A DNA stretch of 64,000 nucleotides from an uncultured Opitutales bacterium (GCA_938091675.1 CALKMX010000015.1:2368-66367), one strand, 5' to 3'. Shown: positions 20,547-33,433, counted from the first letter of the stretch. A program made the numbers and translations. Notes: generated by a model not told the origin, from the sequence alone.

Positions 20547-21167
20547 TTACAGTTTACCAATTAATGCTTTTATCCCCTTTACAGAGCAAAAAACATGATC
20601 CGCACCTACCACATCGATGGCACTGACATCTAATGCACTGGAGATTTTAACTTTGGGGAGATTCCGGGAAGCAAGAGCAAGATTTGTATCAATTGTATCT
20701 CCAATTATAAGAGTTTTGCGTGAGAGTCCAACCGTGTTAAGAAGGCCAGCAAACTCTTTTGTTTTTGGAGTAGCAACCGACCATTCTTCGATCAAAGAAA
20801 TGGATCCTTCTGTGGCTTGGTCAAATATGGCACGGGTTAAGGCTAGTTTACGAACTTTGCCATTAACCTTTTGATTGTAGGATCTTGGCTTGGGCCCAAA
20901 TGCCACCCCTCCTCCTGTTCGTTGAATGGCTCGCTTGTCACCGGCACGCCCAGTTCCCAAACCTTTCTGGCGATAAATCTTTTTCCCGGATCCAGAAACC
21001 TGATCTCTAGTTTTAGTGGAAGCGTTTCCTTGACGCTTGTTAGCACGCACAGCAAGTATGCACTGTCTTAAAGCATCAACACCTTTTCCTTCTTCCAAGG
21101 ATGGAAACTCAGTAATTTCCGTTTCCCCGGCACCGGAACCATCAGACTTATACAACTTAAATTTCAT
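20547..21167 (-). CDS. rplD: 50S ribosomal protein L4
   Basis: KIYRQKGLGTGRAGD...GGGVAFGPKPRSY. Confidence 0.94.
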   Translation of the reverse strand: MKFKLYKSDGSGAGETEITEFPSLEEGKGVDALRQCILAVRANKRQGNASTKTRDQVSGSGKKIYRQKGLGTGRAGDKRAIQRTGGGVAFGPKPRSYNQKVNGKVRKLALTRAIFDQATEGSISLIEEWSVATPKTKEFAGLLNTVGLSRKTLIIGDTIDTNLALASRNLPKVKISSALDVSAIDVVGADHVFCSVKGIKALIGKL

Positions 21168-21176
21168 CTTGAGTAC

Positions 21177-21824
21177 TTATTGAGAGACTTTGATCTTCTT
21201 AGCTACACGAACAGTTAGTATGGCACCCTTGTGACCTGGGACACTCCCTTTAACCAGGATCAGATTCTTTTCGGGTATAGTCTTAACGATCTTCAAGTTC
21301 TGAGTAGTGCGCTGCACATCTCCCATGTGACCAGGCATTTTTTTGTTTTTAAACACACGGCCTGGCCATTGGCACAGACCGTATGAACCTCCACGGCGGT
21401 GAAACATAGAGCCATGTGATGCAGGACCACCGGCAAAATTCCAACGTTTAACAACACCTTGAAAACCACGACCCTTGGTCGTTGATACAATATCTACAAA
21501 GGAAATCTGCGAAAAATCTTCAACTGTTAAAACAGTTCCCATTTCGAGTTTGTGATCATCAGGAAGCCTAAACTCCTTTGATACTTGCTGTGGAACTACG
21601 CCTGCTTTGCTTGCATGGCCTTTTATGCAACCATTAGCCTTGTTTACAGGCTTTCCTTTGGGGTTGTAACCTATCTGTACGGCAGAGTATCCATCTGTAC
21701 CGTTGCATTTAACTTGAAGAATCGGACAAGGACCAGCTTCGATAATAGTTACTGGAACGAGATTATTGTCGTCATCATAGACTTGGGACATCCCAAGTTT
21801 TTTTCCTAAAAGTTCTAATTTCAT
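21177..21824 (-). CDS. rplC: 50S ribosomal protein L3
   Basis: GKKLGMSQVY...TTKGRGFQGVVKRWNF. Confidence 0.95.
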   Translation of the reverse strand: MKLELLGKKLGMSQVYDDDNNLVPVTIIEAGPCPILQVKCNGTDGYSAVQIGYNPKGKPVNKANGCIKGHASKAGVVPQQVSKEFRLPDDHKLEMGTVLTVEDFSQISFVDIVSTTKGRGFQGVVKRWNFAGGPASHGSMFHRRGGSYGLCQWPGRVFKNKKMPGHMGDVQRTTQNLKIVKTIPEKNLILVKGSVPGHKGAILTVRVAKKIKVSQ

Positions 21825-21909
21825 TCTTTAAGCGGCAGGCGAAAACAGCTTTTGAACCTGCTTTAAAGTGGGGTTTGTGATTTAAGTGGGTAAGGTAATT
21901 TAAAAAGAA

Positions 21910-22218
21910 TTATACATTGATGTTGATTTCAACACCGGCCGGCAGATTAAGTTTCTTCAACTCATCTACCGTCTGTACTGTGGGTTCAATGATATCTATG
22001 AGTCTTTTATGTGTACGAAGTTCAAACTGATCCATTGACTTTTTATCAACATGAGGGGACCGATTCACAGTATATCTCTCAATTCTAGTAGGCATAGGGA
22101 TAGGTCCCGCAACTCGAGCTCCTGTCCGCTTTGCTGTATCAACAATGTCAGAAGCTGATTGGTCAATGACACGGTAGTCGAAGCCTTTAAGTTTGATGCG
22201 TATTTTGTGTCCGTTCAT
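21910..22218 (-). CDS. rpsJ: 30S ribosomal protein S10
   Basis: [17 protein letters not shown]...[23 protein letters not shown]. Confidence 0.95.
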   Translation of the reverse strand: MNGHKIRIKLKGFDYRVIDQSASDIVDTAKRTGARVAGPIPMPTRIERYTVNRSPHVDKKSMDQFELRTHKRLIDIIEPTVQTVDELKKLNLPAGVEININV

Positions 22219-22221
22219 AAT

Positions 22222-24378
22222 TTAGCTTCTAGCAGGTTCACGGGAAGATGTTTCCACTATATTTTGTACCAAGTTCTGGGGTACTTGATCGAAGTGAGAA
22301 GGAGTCATTGAATAGTCTGCACGGCCTGATGACAATGATCTCATATCAGTGGAATAACCAAACATGTTTTCTAACGGTACAAACGCATCGATAATGCAGA
22401 CTTTTCCTCTACTTTCCATACCCTGAATCTGTCCACGGCGGCGATTTAAGTCTCCCATCAATTCACCTTGATACTCCTCAGGGGTGGAAACTTCAACCTT
22501 CATGATTGGCTCAAGCAGAATGGGGGCGGCTTTCTGCATCGCATCTTTAAAGGCAAAAATACCAGCCATTTTGAACGCCATTTCGGATGAGTCCACATCA
22601 TGAAAAGATCCATCGACCAAAGATACCTTAAAATCGATAACTGGAAAACCAGCAATAACACCACCTCGGGAAGCTTCTTTGATGCCTTCGAGTGTTGGTT
22701 TGATAAACTCCTTAGGTATGGCGCCTCCTACTATCTTATTTTCGAGTTCTATACCTTTTCCTTTTTCAAGTGACTCAATTTGGATTACCGCATGACCATA
22801 CTGGCCTCGTCCACCAGATTGGCGTACAAACTTACCAACTCCGTCCGCCGAAGAGGTAATGGTTTCTCGGTATGCTATTTGAGGTTTTCCTGCAGTAGCT
22901 TGAACCTTGAACTCGCGGAACAAACGATCGCGAATGATATCGAGGTGCAATTCACCCATTCCAGCGATGATAGTTTGTCCGGTCTCTTCGTTCGTGGATA
23001 ATCCAAATGTTGGATCTTCTTCAGCAAGTCTTTGCAACCCGATCGACATCTTCTCTTGATCTGCTTTGGTGGCAGGCTCAATAGACATAGAGATGACCGG
23101 TTCAGGGAAAGTAGGGGGTTCAAGGCGTAAATCTAATGATTTCTCGCAAAGGGTATCACCAGTTACCACATCCTTGACACCAATTAATGCACAAATGTCT
23201 CCCGAGTAAGCCACTTCTATATCTTCACGTGCATCCGCTTTCATGATCATCAAACGGGAAACCCGTTCGGATTTGCGAGTGCGTGGGTTGTAAAGAGTAG
23301 AGCCCTTCTCCAAAGTTCCTTGGTATACACGATAGAAAACAAGCTTACCAACATAAGGGTCGGTCATTAGCTTAAAAGCGAGACCAGCAACCTTGCTTGA
23401 ATCATTAGGTCGCACTTCAACTGGATTTTCATCCGAGTCCTCACCTTTCATCGGTGGAAGATCTAAAGGTGAAGGAAGGTAATTTACGACGGCATCCATT
23501 AGCATTTGGACGCCTTTATTCTTGAACGCACTTCCGGGAATGACACCTACAAACTTGATGGATACTGTCGCCTTACGAATAGCAAGACGGAGCTCATCTT
23601 CAGAAATTTCTTCACCCTCTAGATACTTGGAGGCGATATCATCGTCAAAGTCTGAAACCGCTTCAATTAAAGACTCACGATACTGACTGGCTTGGTCATG
23701 GTAATCAGCTGGAATATCGACCGTGTCAAACTTTACACCACTTTCGTCAGTATCATCATACACATAAGCAACTTCCTTAACTAAGTCGATGAGACCTTTG
23801 AAATTCTCCTCTGCTCCAATTGCCAAAAACAATGGATGGGCATTTGCTCCAAGCTTGTCACGCATGGTTTGAATGGCTGCCAGGAAATCTGACCCCATTC
23901 GATCCATTTTGTTGATAAAAGCCAAACGGGGGACATGGTATTTATCCATTTGGCGCCAGACAGTCTCAGATTGTGGCTGTACACCTTCAACTGAGGTAAA
24001 CACAGCAACAGCACCATCTAAAACCCTTAGGGACCGCTCAACTTCAGCAGTAAAATCAACGTGACCGGGGGTATCGATGATATTAATGCGGTGGTCGATA
24101 CCAGCATAAGGACCTTCTGACGTAGTCCATCCGCAAGAAATGGCTGCGGAAGTTATGGTTATTCCACGTTCTCTTTCTTGCTCCATCCAATCGGTGGTAG
24201 CACTACCTTCATGAACTTCGCCAATTTTGTGAACAACACCAGAGTAGAACAAAACACGTTCAGTACAAGTCGTCTTACCTGCATCAATATGAGCGGCAAT
24301 TCCAATGTTGCGAGTATGCTCAAGAATTGTCTTTCTCTTCGAAGAATTAGCAGAGGAGGTCTCTAAAACAGCGGTCAT
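22222..24378 (-). CDS. fusA: Elongation factor G
   Basis: 718 aa. [36 protein letters not shown]. Confidence 0.96.
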   Translation of the reverse strand: MTAVLETSSANSSKRKTILEHTRNIGIAAHIDAGKTTCTERVLFYSGVVHKIGEVHEGSATTDWMEQERERGITITSAAISCGWTTSEGPYAGIDHRINIIDTPGHVDFTAEVERSLRVLDGAVAVFTSVEGVQPQSETVWRQMDKYHVPRLAFINKMDRMGSDFLAAIQTMRDKLGANAHPLFLAIGAEENFKGLIDLVKEVAYVYDDTDESGVKFDTVDIPADYHDQASQYRESLIEAVSDFDDDIASKYLEGEEISEDELRLAIRKATVSIKFVGVIPGSAFKNKGVQMLMDAVVNYLPSPLDLPPMKGEDSDENPVEVRPNDSSKVAGLAFKLMTDPYVGKLVFYRVYQGTLEKGSTLYNPRTRKSERVSRLMIMKADAREDIEVAYSGDICALIGVKDVVTGDTLCEKSLDLRLEPPTFPEPVISMSIEPATKADQEKMSIGLQRLAEEDPTFGLSTNEETGQTIIAGMGELHLDIIRDRLFREFKVQATAGKPQIAYRETITSSADGVGKFVRQSGGRGQYGHAVIQIESLEKGKGIELENKIVGGAIPKEFIKPTLEGIKEASRGGVIAGFPVIDFKVSLVDGSFHDVDSSEMAFKMAGIFAFKDAMQKAAPILLEPIMKVEVSTPEEYQGELMGDLNRRRGQIQGMESRGKVCIIDAFVPLENMFGYSTDMRSLSSGRADYSMTPSHFDQVPQNLVQNIVETSSREPARS

Positions 24379-24390
24379 AGTTACAAAAAA

Positions 24391-24864
24391 TTACCAGCGC
24401 AAATGAGCAAATGCCCGATTCGCTTGAGCCATCTTGTGAGTTTCCTCACGCTTCTTAACAACAGAACCCGTATTGTTGTAAGCATCAATCAACTCTCCCG
24501 CAAGAGCCTCGGCCATTGGAGTACCCTTTCTAGATGTTGCCGCGTTAACAACCCAGCGAAACGCTAAACTTTGTTGCCGTTCAAACGCAACCTCGATAGG
24601 GACTTGATAGGTTGCACCACCCACTCTTCGGCTCTTAACCTCAATTTTGGGGCGTATATTTTCTAGTGCACCTAAAACAAGATCGACGGGATTTCCCTTT
24701 TCGAGTTTTTCTGCCATCTTTTCAATTGCAGAATAAACAACTCGTTGAGCGACAGACTTTTTTCCACTAACCATTACGATATTGATTAGAGAACTAATTA
24801 AAGGACTTCCATGACGAGGGTCAGGAAGGACTTGACGTTTGGTTGCTTGACGACGACGGGACAT
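24391..24864 (-). CDS. rpsG: 30S ribosomal protein S7
   Basis: VKSRRVGGATYQVP...ANRAFAHLRW. Confidence 0.95.
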   Translation of the reverse strand: MSRRRQATKRQVLPDPRHGSPLISSLINIVMVSGKKSVAQRVVYSAIEKMAEKLEKGNPVDLVLGALENIRPKIEVKSRRVGGATYQVPIEVAFERQQSLAFRWVVNAATSRKGTPMAEALAGELIDAYNNTGSVVKKREETHKMAQANRAFAHLRW

Positions 24865-24870
24865 AAAAAA

Positions 24871-25245
24871 TCAGCTTTTAGGTTTTTTCACGCCGTACTT
24901 TGATCTACTGCGGCGTCTTTTTTCTACACCTTGGCAATCCAAAGTTCCTCTCACAATATGGTAACGAACACCATTCAAGTCCTTAACCCGTCCACCACGC
25001 AATAAAACAATGCTGTGCTCTTGTAAGTTGTGACCTTCGTCAGGGATATAAGCAATCACTTCGTATCCAGTTGTTAGACGAACTTTGGCAACTTTGCGCA
25101 CTGCAGAGTTAGGTTTCTTCGGTGTTCGGGTGGTAACCTGTACACAAACACCCCTGCGGAAAGGGCAAGCCTTTAGGGCTGGAGACTTAGTCTTCGCTTT
25201 CTGCAGGCGACGATTTTTTCGTACCAATTGATTTATCGTAGGCAT
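24871..25245 (-). CDS. rpsL: 30S ribosomal protein S12
   Basis: [10 protein letters not shown]...[17 protein letters not shown]...[13 protein letters not shown]. Confidence 0.96.
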   Translation of the reverse strand: MPTINQLVRKNRRLQKAKTKSPALKACPFRRGVCVQVTTRTPKKPNSAVRKVAKVRLTTGYEVIAYIPDEGHNLQEHSIVLLRGGRVKDLNGVRYHIVRGTLDCQGVEKRRRSRSKYGVKKPKS

Positions 25246-25320
25246 AGTGCAAATTTGAGGGTAAAGGATTTAAAGTAGATTTATTTGGTTAAATGACAAG
25301 CCATAAATGACTTTAATTTA

Positions 25321-28300
25321 TCAGGCAGAAAGAGTCTCCGAGTTTGAAGAACCTAAGGTATCGACTTTAAGCCTTCTCCACTTAGGTAATCCTGTGCCGG
25401 CGGGTATAAGATGACCCATAATTACATTTTCCTTGAAGCCCTTAAGGTCATCCACTTTTCCGAGAGTTGCAGCGTTGGTTAATACTCTTGTAGTTTCCTG
25501 AAAGGACGCAGCAGATATAAAGCTGTCCGTCTCTAGCGAAGCTTTCGTAATTCCAAGCAGGATGGGTTCAGCCTCAGCAGGCTTTCCTCCCTTTTGTGCA
25601 ATCGATTCATTGGCGTCAAGAAATGCAAACCTGTCAATTTGGTCACCCCAAAAGAATTCCGCGTCACCAGGATCTGTTATCCTGACCTTGAAAAGCATCC
25701 TAGATATAATAACTTCCAAATGCTTATCGTTGATCGTAACTCCCTGTAATCGATAGACTTTTTGAATTTCTTCTATCAGGTACTCTTGAACTGCAGAGGG
25801 TCCAAGAATTTCAAGAATCTCGTGTGGATCTTTTGCACCTTCTGTTATTAACTGTCCTTTGTGAACAAAATCACCGTGCTGAACAAGCACATGCTTTCCG
25901 TGAGGAATAAGATGTTCTTCGACCTGTCCAGTATCCTCGTTCGTTACTAATAAACGCTTCTTCGAGCGAAGGGTGCCAGCTTCAGTAATTATGCCATCTA
26001 TTTTAGCCATCTGCCCGACATTACTTTCCTTTGGTCTGCGAGCCTCAAACAATTCGGCTACTCGAGGCAAACCCCCAGTGATATCCTGAGTTTTGGAAGC
26101 TTGGCGAGGAGTTTTGGCAATGATGGAACCTGCATCAATTCTGGTTCCTTCATCAACCGCCACTTGAGCGCCTGTGGGGACAGAATAAGTCGCAAGAGCC
26201 TTACCAGAAGTATCTTTGACAATAATTTGAGGATTTAAATCTTCCTTGTGCTCGATAACGACCATAGACTTTCCGCCGGAGGCGTCTTTTTCTACTTTAG
26301 TCGTAACTCCGGGCAACATATCCTCAAAACCAATTACTCCCTTCTTTTCTGAAAGAATTGGAATATTATAAGGGTCCCATTGTGCCAATAAGGTTGATTC
26401 CTGAACCTCATCCTCATCCTTAAAGTGCAAGAGTGCTCCAGCGGGAATTGGGTAGTCATCAATAATTCTCCCGTCTACATCTAGCACTTGGATTGATCCT
26501 GTTTTATTGAGGGTTACTTGCTGTCCGTTTGCTAAGGTTACGAGACGTAATCCCACAAACCTTAATTTACCGGATTTCCTAATATGTATTACAGGGTCTT
26601 CTCTACCTGCACTGGCAATACCACCAATATGGAAAGTTCGCATGGTAAGCTGCGTACCAGGTTCACCGATAGATTGAGCAGCAATGATACCAATAGCTGA
26701 ACCTTGTTTAACCAGAGCATTGGTAGATGGATCGATTCCGTATTCCATAGAAGTCATTCCGTTTTTTATACGGCTAGACAACGGAGACATAACTCTGACA
26801 CGAGTAATCCCAGAGGCATCTAATGATTCAGCAATCTGCTCAGTGATAAGAGATCCAGAAGAAACTAATATTTCGCTCGGGCTAGATGGGTTGGCGATAT
26901 CTTCAGCACAATAACGACCAATTATACGATCACGCAAAGGCACAATCTCATTGTCACCTTCCATGATTGCTTTTTTGACCACACCGTCACGCCTATCATC
27001 ATCTTTTTTGGCAATAACACAATCCATCGCTACATCACATAGCTTTCGGGTGAGGTACCCTGCGTCGGCAGTTTTTAAGGCTGTGTCCGCAAGACCCTTT
27101 CGAGCTCCATGCGTAGACATAAAATATTCCAATACGGATAATCCTTCGCGGAATGAGGAAAGAATAGGCTGCTCAATGATTTCCCCAGAGGGTTTGGCCA
27201 TCAATCCACGCATTCCGCATAGTTGCCGAACTTGCTGACGATTGCCTCTAGCCCCCGAGTCCATCATTAAATAGACTGGATTAATTGTATCTTTACCAAG
27301 GTTATGTTCCAGTGCAGTAAACACATTTTTAGCAATATCATCGGTTGCGGAAGTCCATACATCGATAATTTTGTTGTGTCTTTCTCCACGGGTAATAATC
27401 CCTTTGCGAAATTGATCCTCAATCTTGTCGATTTCTTTTCGGGCAGTGGCAATTCTGTCCTTCTTTTCCTCAGGAATAATCATATCGAATATACCGATGG
27501 AGATTCCCGCTTTTGTTGCCATATCAAACCCCATTTCTTTGAGCTTATCCAAAGCAATTATGGTGCTTTCTTTGCCTGTTAGTAGGTAAGTCTGAAGTAT
27601 TAAATCCCCCAAATCACCTTTTAGGGCAGGCTTATTAAAAAACCCAAGAACTTCCGGCCATATGGTATTGAAAAGAACGCGCCCAACAGTGGTCCGAACC
27701 ACACTCCTGCTGGTGATGCCAAAATGCGTTTCTTTACCCTTGTCTGGGTTTTGGAGATCAATCCAATCATGAAGGGCTAAAGCACCATCTTGTAGTGCAC
27801 TGAGTGCTTCTTCCAATGAAGCAATGAGAGGAAGCCTAATATTATCTTCAGGCATCTCTTTCTTGGGACTCATGGTGAGGAAATAAGAGCCCAATACAAT
27901 ATCCTGCGAAGGAGTGAGGATAGGTTTACCACTGGATGGGGAAAAGATGTTGTGAGTTGCCATCATCAGAAGTTTAGCTTCCATGATCGCTTCAACTGAA
28001 AGAGGTACATGAACCGCCATTTGGTCACCGTCAAAGTCAGCATTGTAAGCGGTGCACACCAAGGGGTGGACTCGGATTGCATTACCTTCAATCAAAACCG
28101 GCTCAAACGCCTGAATGGACAAGCGGTGAAGGGTAGGGGCACGATTAAGCAAGACGGGGTGCCCCTTAGTTACTTCTTCCAAAATGTCCCAAACTTCAGG
28201 GGATCGGGTTTCAATCATTTTTCTAGCACCACGGACGGTGTGAACAAAGCCCAATTCTTTTAATCTCCTGATAATAAATGGTTCAAAAAGGATGAGGGCC

Positions 28301-29415
28301 ATCTTCTTTGGCAGACCACATTGATGCAGTTTTAGTTCAGGGCCGATAACAATCACTGACCGACCAGAATAATCTACCCGCTTACCAAGTAAATTCTGAC
28401 GGAAGCGTCCTTGTTTTCCCTTAAGCATATCACTTAGAGATTTAAGGGGGCGATTCCCGGATCCAGTGATTGCTCTTCCGTGTCTGCCGTTGTCAAATAA
28501 TGCGTCCACTGCTTCCTGTAGCATTCTTTTTTCATTATGAATGATCACATCAGGGGTCTTAAGTTGCAGAAGATTTTTTAAGCGATTATTTCGGTTAATC
28601 ACACGCCGATACAAATCATTTAGATCACTGGTTGCGAACCGGCCACCCTCAAGAGGAACCAACGGACGCAAGTCTGGTGGTATAACAGGGATTGCTTCGA
28701 GGATCATCCATTCTGGGGAAGCTTCGGATTGAAGAAAGCCTTTGACCACCCTCAACCGGCTGGCTAGCTTTTTCTTCATCTGCTTGGACTTCGTGTCATG
28801 AATTTGATCGTATAGTTCATCTAATTCATCTTGTAAATCCAACCTGCCCAGTACATCACGCACTGCTTCAGCTCCCATTTTAGCCTCAAACTCATCCCCA
28901 TATTCGTCAAGAGCCTCGCGGTACTCTTTGTCGGAAAGCAATTGTCGATCTTCCAAGGGAGTATTACCTGGGTCTGTTACTAAATATTGTTCATAATATA
29001 GCACCCGCTCCAAGCTTTTGGCAGTCATGTTCATCAGCAAGCCAAGCCGGCTTGGCATACTCTTTAAAAACCAGATGTGTGAAACAGGCACAGCGAGCTC
29101 GATGTGACCCATGCGCTCTCGACGCACCCTAGAAACTGTTACCTCAACACCACAGCGATCACATACGACACCTTTGTACTTAATTCTTTTGTATTTACCG
29201 CAGGCACACTCATAGTCACGAACTGGCCCAAAAATCTTTTGGCAAAACAAGCCGCCCGGTTCCGGCTTAAAAGTCCTGTAGTTTATTGTTTCGGGATTTT
29301 TAACTTCTCCCTTTGACCATGAACGAATGATATCAGGGTCTGCGACAGTTATGGATACGCGATCCATTGGGCCAATATCTACTCCTAGTGCTTCGTTTAA
29401 TGCTTCTACGCTCAT
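25321..29415 (-). CDS. rpoC: DNA-directed RNA polymerase subunit beta'
   Basis: 1364 aa. Zinc motif CACGKY...CDRCGVEV, and the catalytic motif [13 protein letters not shown]. Confidence 0.97.
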   Translation of the reverse strand: MSVEALNEALGVDIGPMDRVSITVADPDIIRSWSKGEVKNPETINYRTFKPEPGGLFCQKIFGPVRDYECACGKYKRIKYKGVVCDRCGVEVTVSRVRRERMGHIELAVPVSHIWFLKSMPSRLGLLMNMTAKSLERVLYYEQYLVTDPGNTPLEDRQLLSDKEYREALDEYGDEFEAKMGAEAVRDVLGRLDLQDELDELYDQIHDTKSKQMKKKLASRLRVVKGFLQSEASPEWMILEAIPVIPPDLRPLVPLEGGRFATSDLNDLYRRVINRNNRLKNLLQLKTPDVIIHNEKRMLQEAVDALFDNGRHGRAITGSGNRPLKSLSDMLKGKQGRFRQNLLGKRVDYSGRSVIVIGPELKLHQCGLPKKMALILFEPFIIRRLKELGFVHTVRGARKMIETRSPEVWDILEEVTKGHPVLLNRAPTLHRLSIQAFEPVLIEGNAIRVHPLVCTAYNADFDGDQMAVHVPLSVEAIMEAKLLMMATHNIFSPSSGKPILTPSQDIVLGSYFLTMSPKKEMPEDNIRLPLIASLEEALSALQDGALALHDWIDLQNPDKGKETHFGITSRSVVRTTVGRVLFNTIWPEVLGFFNKPALKGDLGDLILQTYLLTGKESTIIALDKLKEMGFDMATKAGISIGIFDMIIPEEKKDRIATARKEIDKIEDQFRKGIITRGERHNKIIDVWTSATDDIAKNVFTALEHNLGKDTINPVYLMMDSGARGNRQQVRQLCGMRGLMAKPSGEIIEQPILSSFREGLSVLEYFMSTHGARKGLADTALKTADAGYLTRKLCDVAMDCVIAKKDDDRRDGVVKKAIMEGDNEIVPLRDRIIGRYCAEDIANPSSPSEILVSSGSLITEQIAESLDASGITRVRVMSPLSSRIKNGMTSMEYGIDPSTNALVKQGSAIGIIAAQSIGEPGTQLTMRTFHIGGIASAGREDPVIHIRKSGKLRFVGLRLVTLANGQQVTLNKTGSIQVLDVDGRIIDDYPIPAGALLHFKDEDEVQESTLLAQWDPYNIPILSEKKGVIGFEDMLPGVTTKVEKDASGGKSMVVIEHKEDLNPQIIVKDTSGKALATYSVPTGAQVAVDEGTRIDAGSIIAKTPRQASKTQDITGGLPRVAELFEARRPKESNVGQMAKIDGIITEAGTLRSKKRLLVTNEDTGQVEEHLIPHGKHVLVQHGDFVHKGQLITEGAKDPHEILEILGPSAVQEYLIEEIQKVYRLQGVTINDKHLEVIISRMLFKVRITDPGDAEFFWGDQIDRFAFLDANESIAQKGGKPAEAEPILLGITKASLETDSFISAASFQETTRVLTNAATLGKVDDLKGFKENVIMGHLIPAGTGLPKWRRLKVDTLGSSNSETLSA

Positions 29416-29461
29416 AATATTATGCTTAAAATTAATGTTTTTGATTTAGGAATCTTGATAA

Positions 29462-32400
29462 TTACAATCCTTCTTCTCCGCGTACGCGTACATCGAGGCA
29501 AAGGCTCTGCATCTCTTTCATTAAAACATTAAAAGATTGAGGGGTCCCTGCCTGAAGTGAATTATCACCCTTGACTAAAGATTCGTAAATTTTTGTTCTT
29601 CCAAGAACATCGTCTGATTTTACGGTAAGAATCTCTTGCAGGGTGTAAGCCGCCCCATATGCCTCGAGCGCCCAAACTTCCATCTCTCCAAACCTTTGTC
29701 CCCCGTATTGGGCTTTTCCGCCGAGAGGTTGTTGAGTTATCAAACTGTATGGACCAACCGCCCGAGCGTGAATTTTGCTGGTTACCAAGTGGTTGAGCTT
29801 CAGCATGTACATATATCCGACAACAATACGCTGATAGAATGCCTCTCCTGTACAGCCGTCATAGAGAATAGTTTTTCCATTTTCTGGCAAACCAGCCTCT
29901 TTGAGATACTCCTGGATTTTAGTCTCAGGGATTCCGTCAAAAATTGGCGTAGCTACTTTGAGTCCAAGCTTATTACAAGCCCAACCTAAGTGGGTTTCCA
30001 AAACTTGACCCACATTCATACGGCTAGGAACGCCAAGAGGATTTAAGCATATTTGAATGGGTGTACCGTCTGGAAGAAATGGCATGTCTTCCTCAGGCAC
30101 AATTTTGGCAACAACACCTTTATTTCCGTGACGCCCAGCCATTTTATCACCAACACGCATCTTTTGTTTCTTGGCTATAAACACACGAACATTTTTTATC
30201 GCTCCCTGGTCAATTGAATCACCGTGCTCGATTGCCTCCATCTTACGATCTTTATCGTCCTCGAGATCCTGAAATTTCGACTCATAACTTTCAATGATTT
30301 CAAATACTTTAATTCTTACTGGTGATGGCGGAATATCAATAAACTGGTGAACCGAGGCTAATCTACGAAGGAGTGTTTTCGTAATCTTCCGGTTTGCAGG
30401 AATAATGATGTCGCCGGTTTCAGAATTAGTAACATTCAGTGGGATTTTTTCCCCTAAGAGGATGTTGGACAGCGACTCGGTAAGTTGTGCCCTAAGGTCT
30501 TCAGTTTGGTTTCGGTAATCTTCCTTAATCTGTTTCATCTGGCGACGGAAATCAGAAGGAGATAATTTCTCTTGTTCGGCATCGGTTCTACTGGATACCT
30601 TGATGTCCATAACAATTCCTTGAGTTCCGGAAGGAACTCGAAGGGAGCTGTCTTTCACATCTGCTGCTTTTTCTCCAAAAATGGCCCGAAGCAACTTCTC
30701 TTCTGGTGCAAGGTCAGTCTCACTTTTAGGAGTAATTTTACCAACTAATATATCACCCGGTTTAACTTCAGCTCCGATTCTGACAATTCCGAGGTGGTCT
30801 AGGTTTCGGAGTGCCTCTTCGCCAGCATTTGGTATATCCCTCGTAATTTCCTCAGGCCCTAATTTTGTATCTCTGGCTGTAACCTCAAACTCTTCAATGT
30901 GAATCGAAGTGTAAATATCGTCCTTTACTATTTTTTCAGAAATAAGGATAGCATCTTCAAAATTGTAGCCTTTCCAAGGCATGAATGCTACGAGGATGTT
31001 CCGACCTATGGCGAGTTCTCCTTTGTCAGTACTGGCTCCATCCGCAAGGGCCTGTCCAAGTTTAACTTTATCGCCCTTTCGAACTATAGGTTTTTGATTG
31101 AAACAAGTACCAGCATTTGACCTAAGAAACTTCCGGAGGTCATAACAATAGATACCACGCTTGTGATCACTGCGAGGTTCTTTTAGAAAGCGTGGAGGTA
31201 GGGTTCCGTCGTCCGAAACAACAATACGGTTTCCATCTGCAATTGCTACCACTCCCTCTGATTCAGAAATGGTCACCGTTTTGGAATCTTGAGCAACCTT
31301 GCTTTCAATTCCAGTACCAACAAAAGGGGATTCAGTCTGCAAAAGTGGTACGGCTTGGCGTTGCATGTTTGCACCCATGAGTGCACGGTTCGCATCGTCA
31401 TGCTCGATAAAAGGGATTAATCCGGCCGCAACAGAAACAACCTGTTTGGGGGAAACATCCATAAAATTTATATCTTCAGGCTCGTACTCTTGCACTTGGT
31501 CGCGGTAACGACAGGTGGGTCTGCCTTTTAACTTTAAGGAGTCGGGATCAATCTCACTATTTGCCTGAGCAATGATGTATTTTTCTTCCTCAAAAGCATT
31601 AAGGTATACTACATTCTTGGGGTTTTTATCAACCACGCCTTCAGTAACTTTGTGATAAGGTGACTGGAGGAATCCAAATTGATCAATTTTAGCGTAAGTT
31701 GAAAGGGTATTGATCAATCCAATATTGGGACCTTCTGGTGTCTCAATGGGGCAAATTCTTCCGTAATGAGTTGGATGAACATCCCGAACCTCAAAACCTG
31801 CTCTTTCGCGATTAAGACCGCCGGGTCCTAAGGCAGAAAGCCTTCTTTTATGAGTCATCTCCGCCAAAGGATTGATTTGATCCATAAACTGACTTAGCTG
31901 ACTTCTGGCAAAGAAGTCCCTGATGACAGTTGTCAAAGCTTTTGGATTAATCAGTTTACCAGGAGAGAGGCTTTCAACACCTTGATCATATAAGGTCATT
32001 CTTTCTCGAACAACCCTTTCTGTGCGGGCTAATCCACTGCGGCAAACATTGGCTAAGAGCTCACCGACTGTTCGGACACGACGATTTCCAAGGTGGTCAA
32101 TGTCGTCAATACCCATATCAAAAATTGACCCAGCATCTTCGCGAGCCATCTGTTCGTCAGTTTTACCGCGCTTTAGATCAGTGAGTCTTCTTGTCGCTGC
32201 TACCAAATCTTCCACCGTTGTAACTCGGACATCTAAGGGGGTATCCAAACCTAACTTAAGGTTGAGCATATGCCTCCCTACTTTTGCCAGGTCATACCGT
32301 TTTGAATCGATAAACAGGCGGTTTATCAGGGCCTCAGCATTTGCTTTGTGAGGTGGTTCCCCGGGTCTTAACTTTTTGTAAATTTCCTTGAGAGCTTCCT

Positions 32401-33328
32401 CTTTATTTTTGGAAGTATCTTTCTTAAGGCAACGAATGATTGCGCCATCATCAACGCTTGTGTCTATTGCACGAAGTGTTTTTTCGCCCGCTTTTACAAA
32501 CGCACGAAGATAGGTTTTAGTAAGAGGTTCGAACGCTTTTGCCAAAACCACTCCTTTGGCACGGTCAAACATAGGCTCCACCAAAACATAATTTGAAACA
32601 TTTTCTTTATTGATAAGATCCTCAATGGAGAGCGTTTCTATATCGTAAAAAAGATCAATAATCTTTTGGTCGGAATCCTTGTCTTTCTCAGGATCCCAAT
32701 CCATCAAGGCACGAAGAAAAGTAGTAATAAGAAATTTGCGGCGACGCCTTCTTCTGTCCAAGTAGACATAGAGCAACTCATGTTGGTCAAATTGAGCCTC
32801 AATCCATGTACCGCGATCTGGAATAATGCGAAAACCGTGCAAGGTTTTTCCACTTGTGTGTATCGATTCCTCAAAACTGACCCCTGGTGAGCGGTGTAAT
32901 TGACTAACAACCACTCGCTCAGCGCCGTTTATTATAAAGGATCCTCTTTCCGTAATAATAGGCAATTCGCCCATGAAGATTTCTTCTTCGCTGTAAAAAG
33001 GCTTGTTTTGCCCTTCTACCTCTAACCTAAGGCGAAGCTTTACCTGAAGAGGTGCAGAGTAGGTACATTTTTGATCAATGCACTCTACTTCAGAAAGTTT
33101 GGATTCGCCGATAGAATAACTAACATACTCTAACCTAGACTTTTCATCATAGCTAAGAATTGGAAATATCTCACGAAATACTGCTTCCAGACCGTCATGT
33201 TGGCGATGGGTAGAAGGTACATCCCTTTGAAGAAAATGATCAAAAGAATCAACTTGATTTTGAATAAGATTGGGCGGGTCGATTACTTCCTGCAATTTTC
33301 CGAAGTTTTGTCTTTTCGTGTATTCCAT
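29462..33328 (-). CDS. rpoB: DNA-directed RNA polymerase subunit beta
   Basis: 1288 aa. FMDQINPLAEMTHKRRLSALGPGGL (rifampicin-cluster region), and GEMEVWALEAYGAAY. Confidence 0.97.
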   Translation of the reverse strand: MEYTKRQNFGKLQEVIDPPNLIQNQVDSFDHFLQRDVPSTHRQHDGLEAVFREIFPILSYDEKSRLEYVSYSIGESKLSEVECIDQKCTYSAPLQVKLRLRLEVEGQNKPFYSEEEIFMGELPIITERGSFIINGAERVVVSQLHRSPGVSFEESIHTSGKTLHGFRIIPDRGTWIEAQFDQHELLYVYLDRRRRRRKFLITTFLRALMDWDPEKDKDSDQKIIDLFYDIETLSIEDLINKENVSNYVLVEPMFDRAKGVVLAKAFEPLTKTYLRAFVKAGEKTLRAIDTSVDDGAIIRCLKKDTSKNKEEALKEIYKKLRPGEPPHKANAEALINRLFIDSKRYDLAKVGRHMLNLKLGLDTPLDVRVTTVEDLVAATRRLTDLKRGKTDEQMAREDAGSIFDMGIDDIDHLGNRRVRTVGELLANVCRSGLARTERVVRERMTLYDQGVESLSPGKLINPKALTTVIRDFFARSQLSQFMDQINPLAEMTHKRRLSALGPGGLNRERAGFEVRDVHPTHYGRICPIETPEGPNIGLINTLSTYAKIDQFGFLQSPYHKVTEGVVDKNPKNVVYLNAFEEEKYIIAQANSEIDPDSLKLKGRPTCRYRDQVQEYEPEDINFMDVSPKQVVSVAAGLIPFIEHDDANRALMGANMQRQAVPLLQTESPFVGTGIESKVAQDSKTVTISESEGVVAIADGNRIVVSDDGTLPPRFLKEPRSDHKRGIYCYDLRKFLRSNAGTCFNQKPIVRKGDKVKLGQALADGASTDKGELAIGRNILVAFMPWKGYNFEDAILISEKIVKDDIYTSIHIEEFEVTARDTKLGPEEITRDIPNAGEEALRNLDHLGIVRIGAEVKPGDILVGKITPKSETDLAPEEKLLRAIFGEKAADVKDSSLRVPSGTQGIVMDIKVSSRTDAEQEKLSPSDFRRQMKQIKEDYRNQTEDLRAQLTESLSNILLGEKIPLNVTNSETGDIIIPANRKITKTLLRRLASVHQFIDIPPSPVRIKVFEIIESYESKFQDLEDDKDRKMEAIEHGDSIDQGAIKNVRVFIAKKQKMRVGDKMAGRHGNKGVVAKIVPEEDMPFLPDGTPIQICLNPLGVPSRMNVGQVLETHLGWACNKLGLKVATPIFDGIPETKIQEYLKEAGLPENGKTILYDGCTGEAFYQRIVVGYMYMLKLNHLVTSKIHARAVGPYSLITQQPLGGKAQYGGQRFGEMEVWALEAYGAAYTLQEILTVKSDDVLGRTKIYESLVKGDNSLQAGTPQSFNVLMKEMQSLCLDVRVRGEEGL

Positions 33329-33377
33329 GATTAGCGAGGGGATGGTGAAGAGGTGTGTGGAGGTAATATAAACGGAA

Positions 33378-33405
33378 AAGCCGCCGGCAATAGACCGGAC
33401 GGCTT
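33378..33405 (-). terminator. Putative rplL-rpoB intergenic attenuator / partial terminator hairpin
   Basis: Minus-strand RNA is AAGCCGUCCGG-UCUAUUG-CCGGCGGCUU, 10 bp with one bulged U, followed by UUUCCGUUUAU. It lies 28 nt after the rplL stop. An attenuator at this position is well known in E. coli. Confidence 0.45.
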
Positions 33406-33433
33406 ATCGAAAGAATTTAAATCAAAATGAGCA

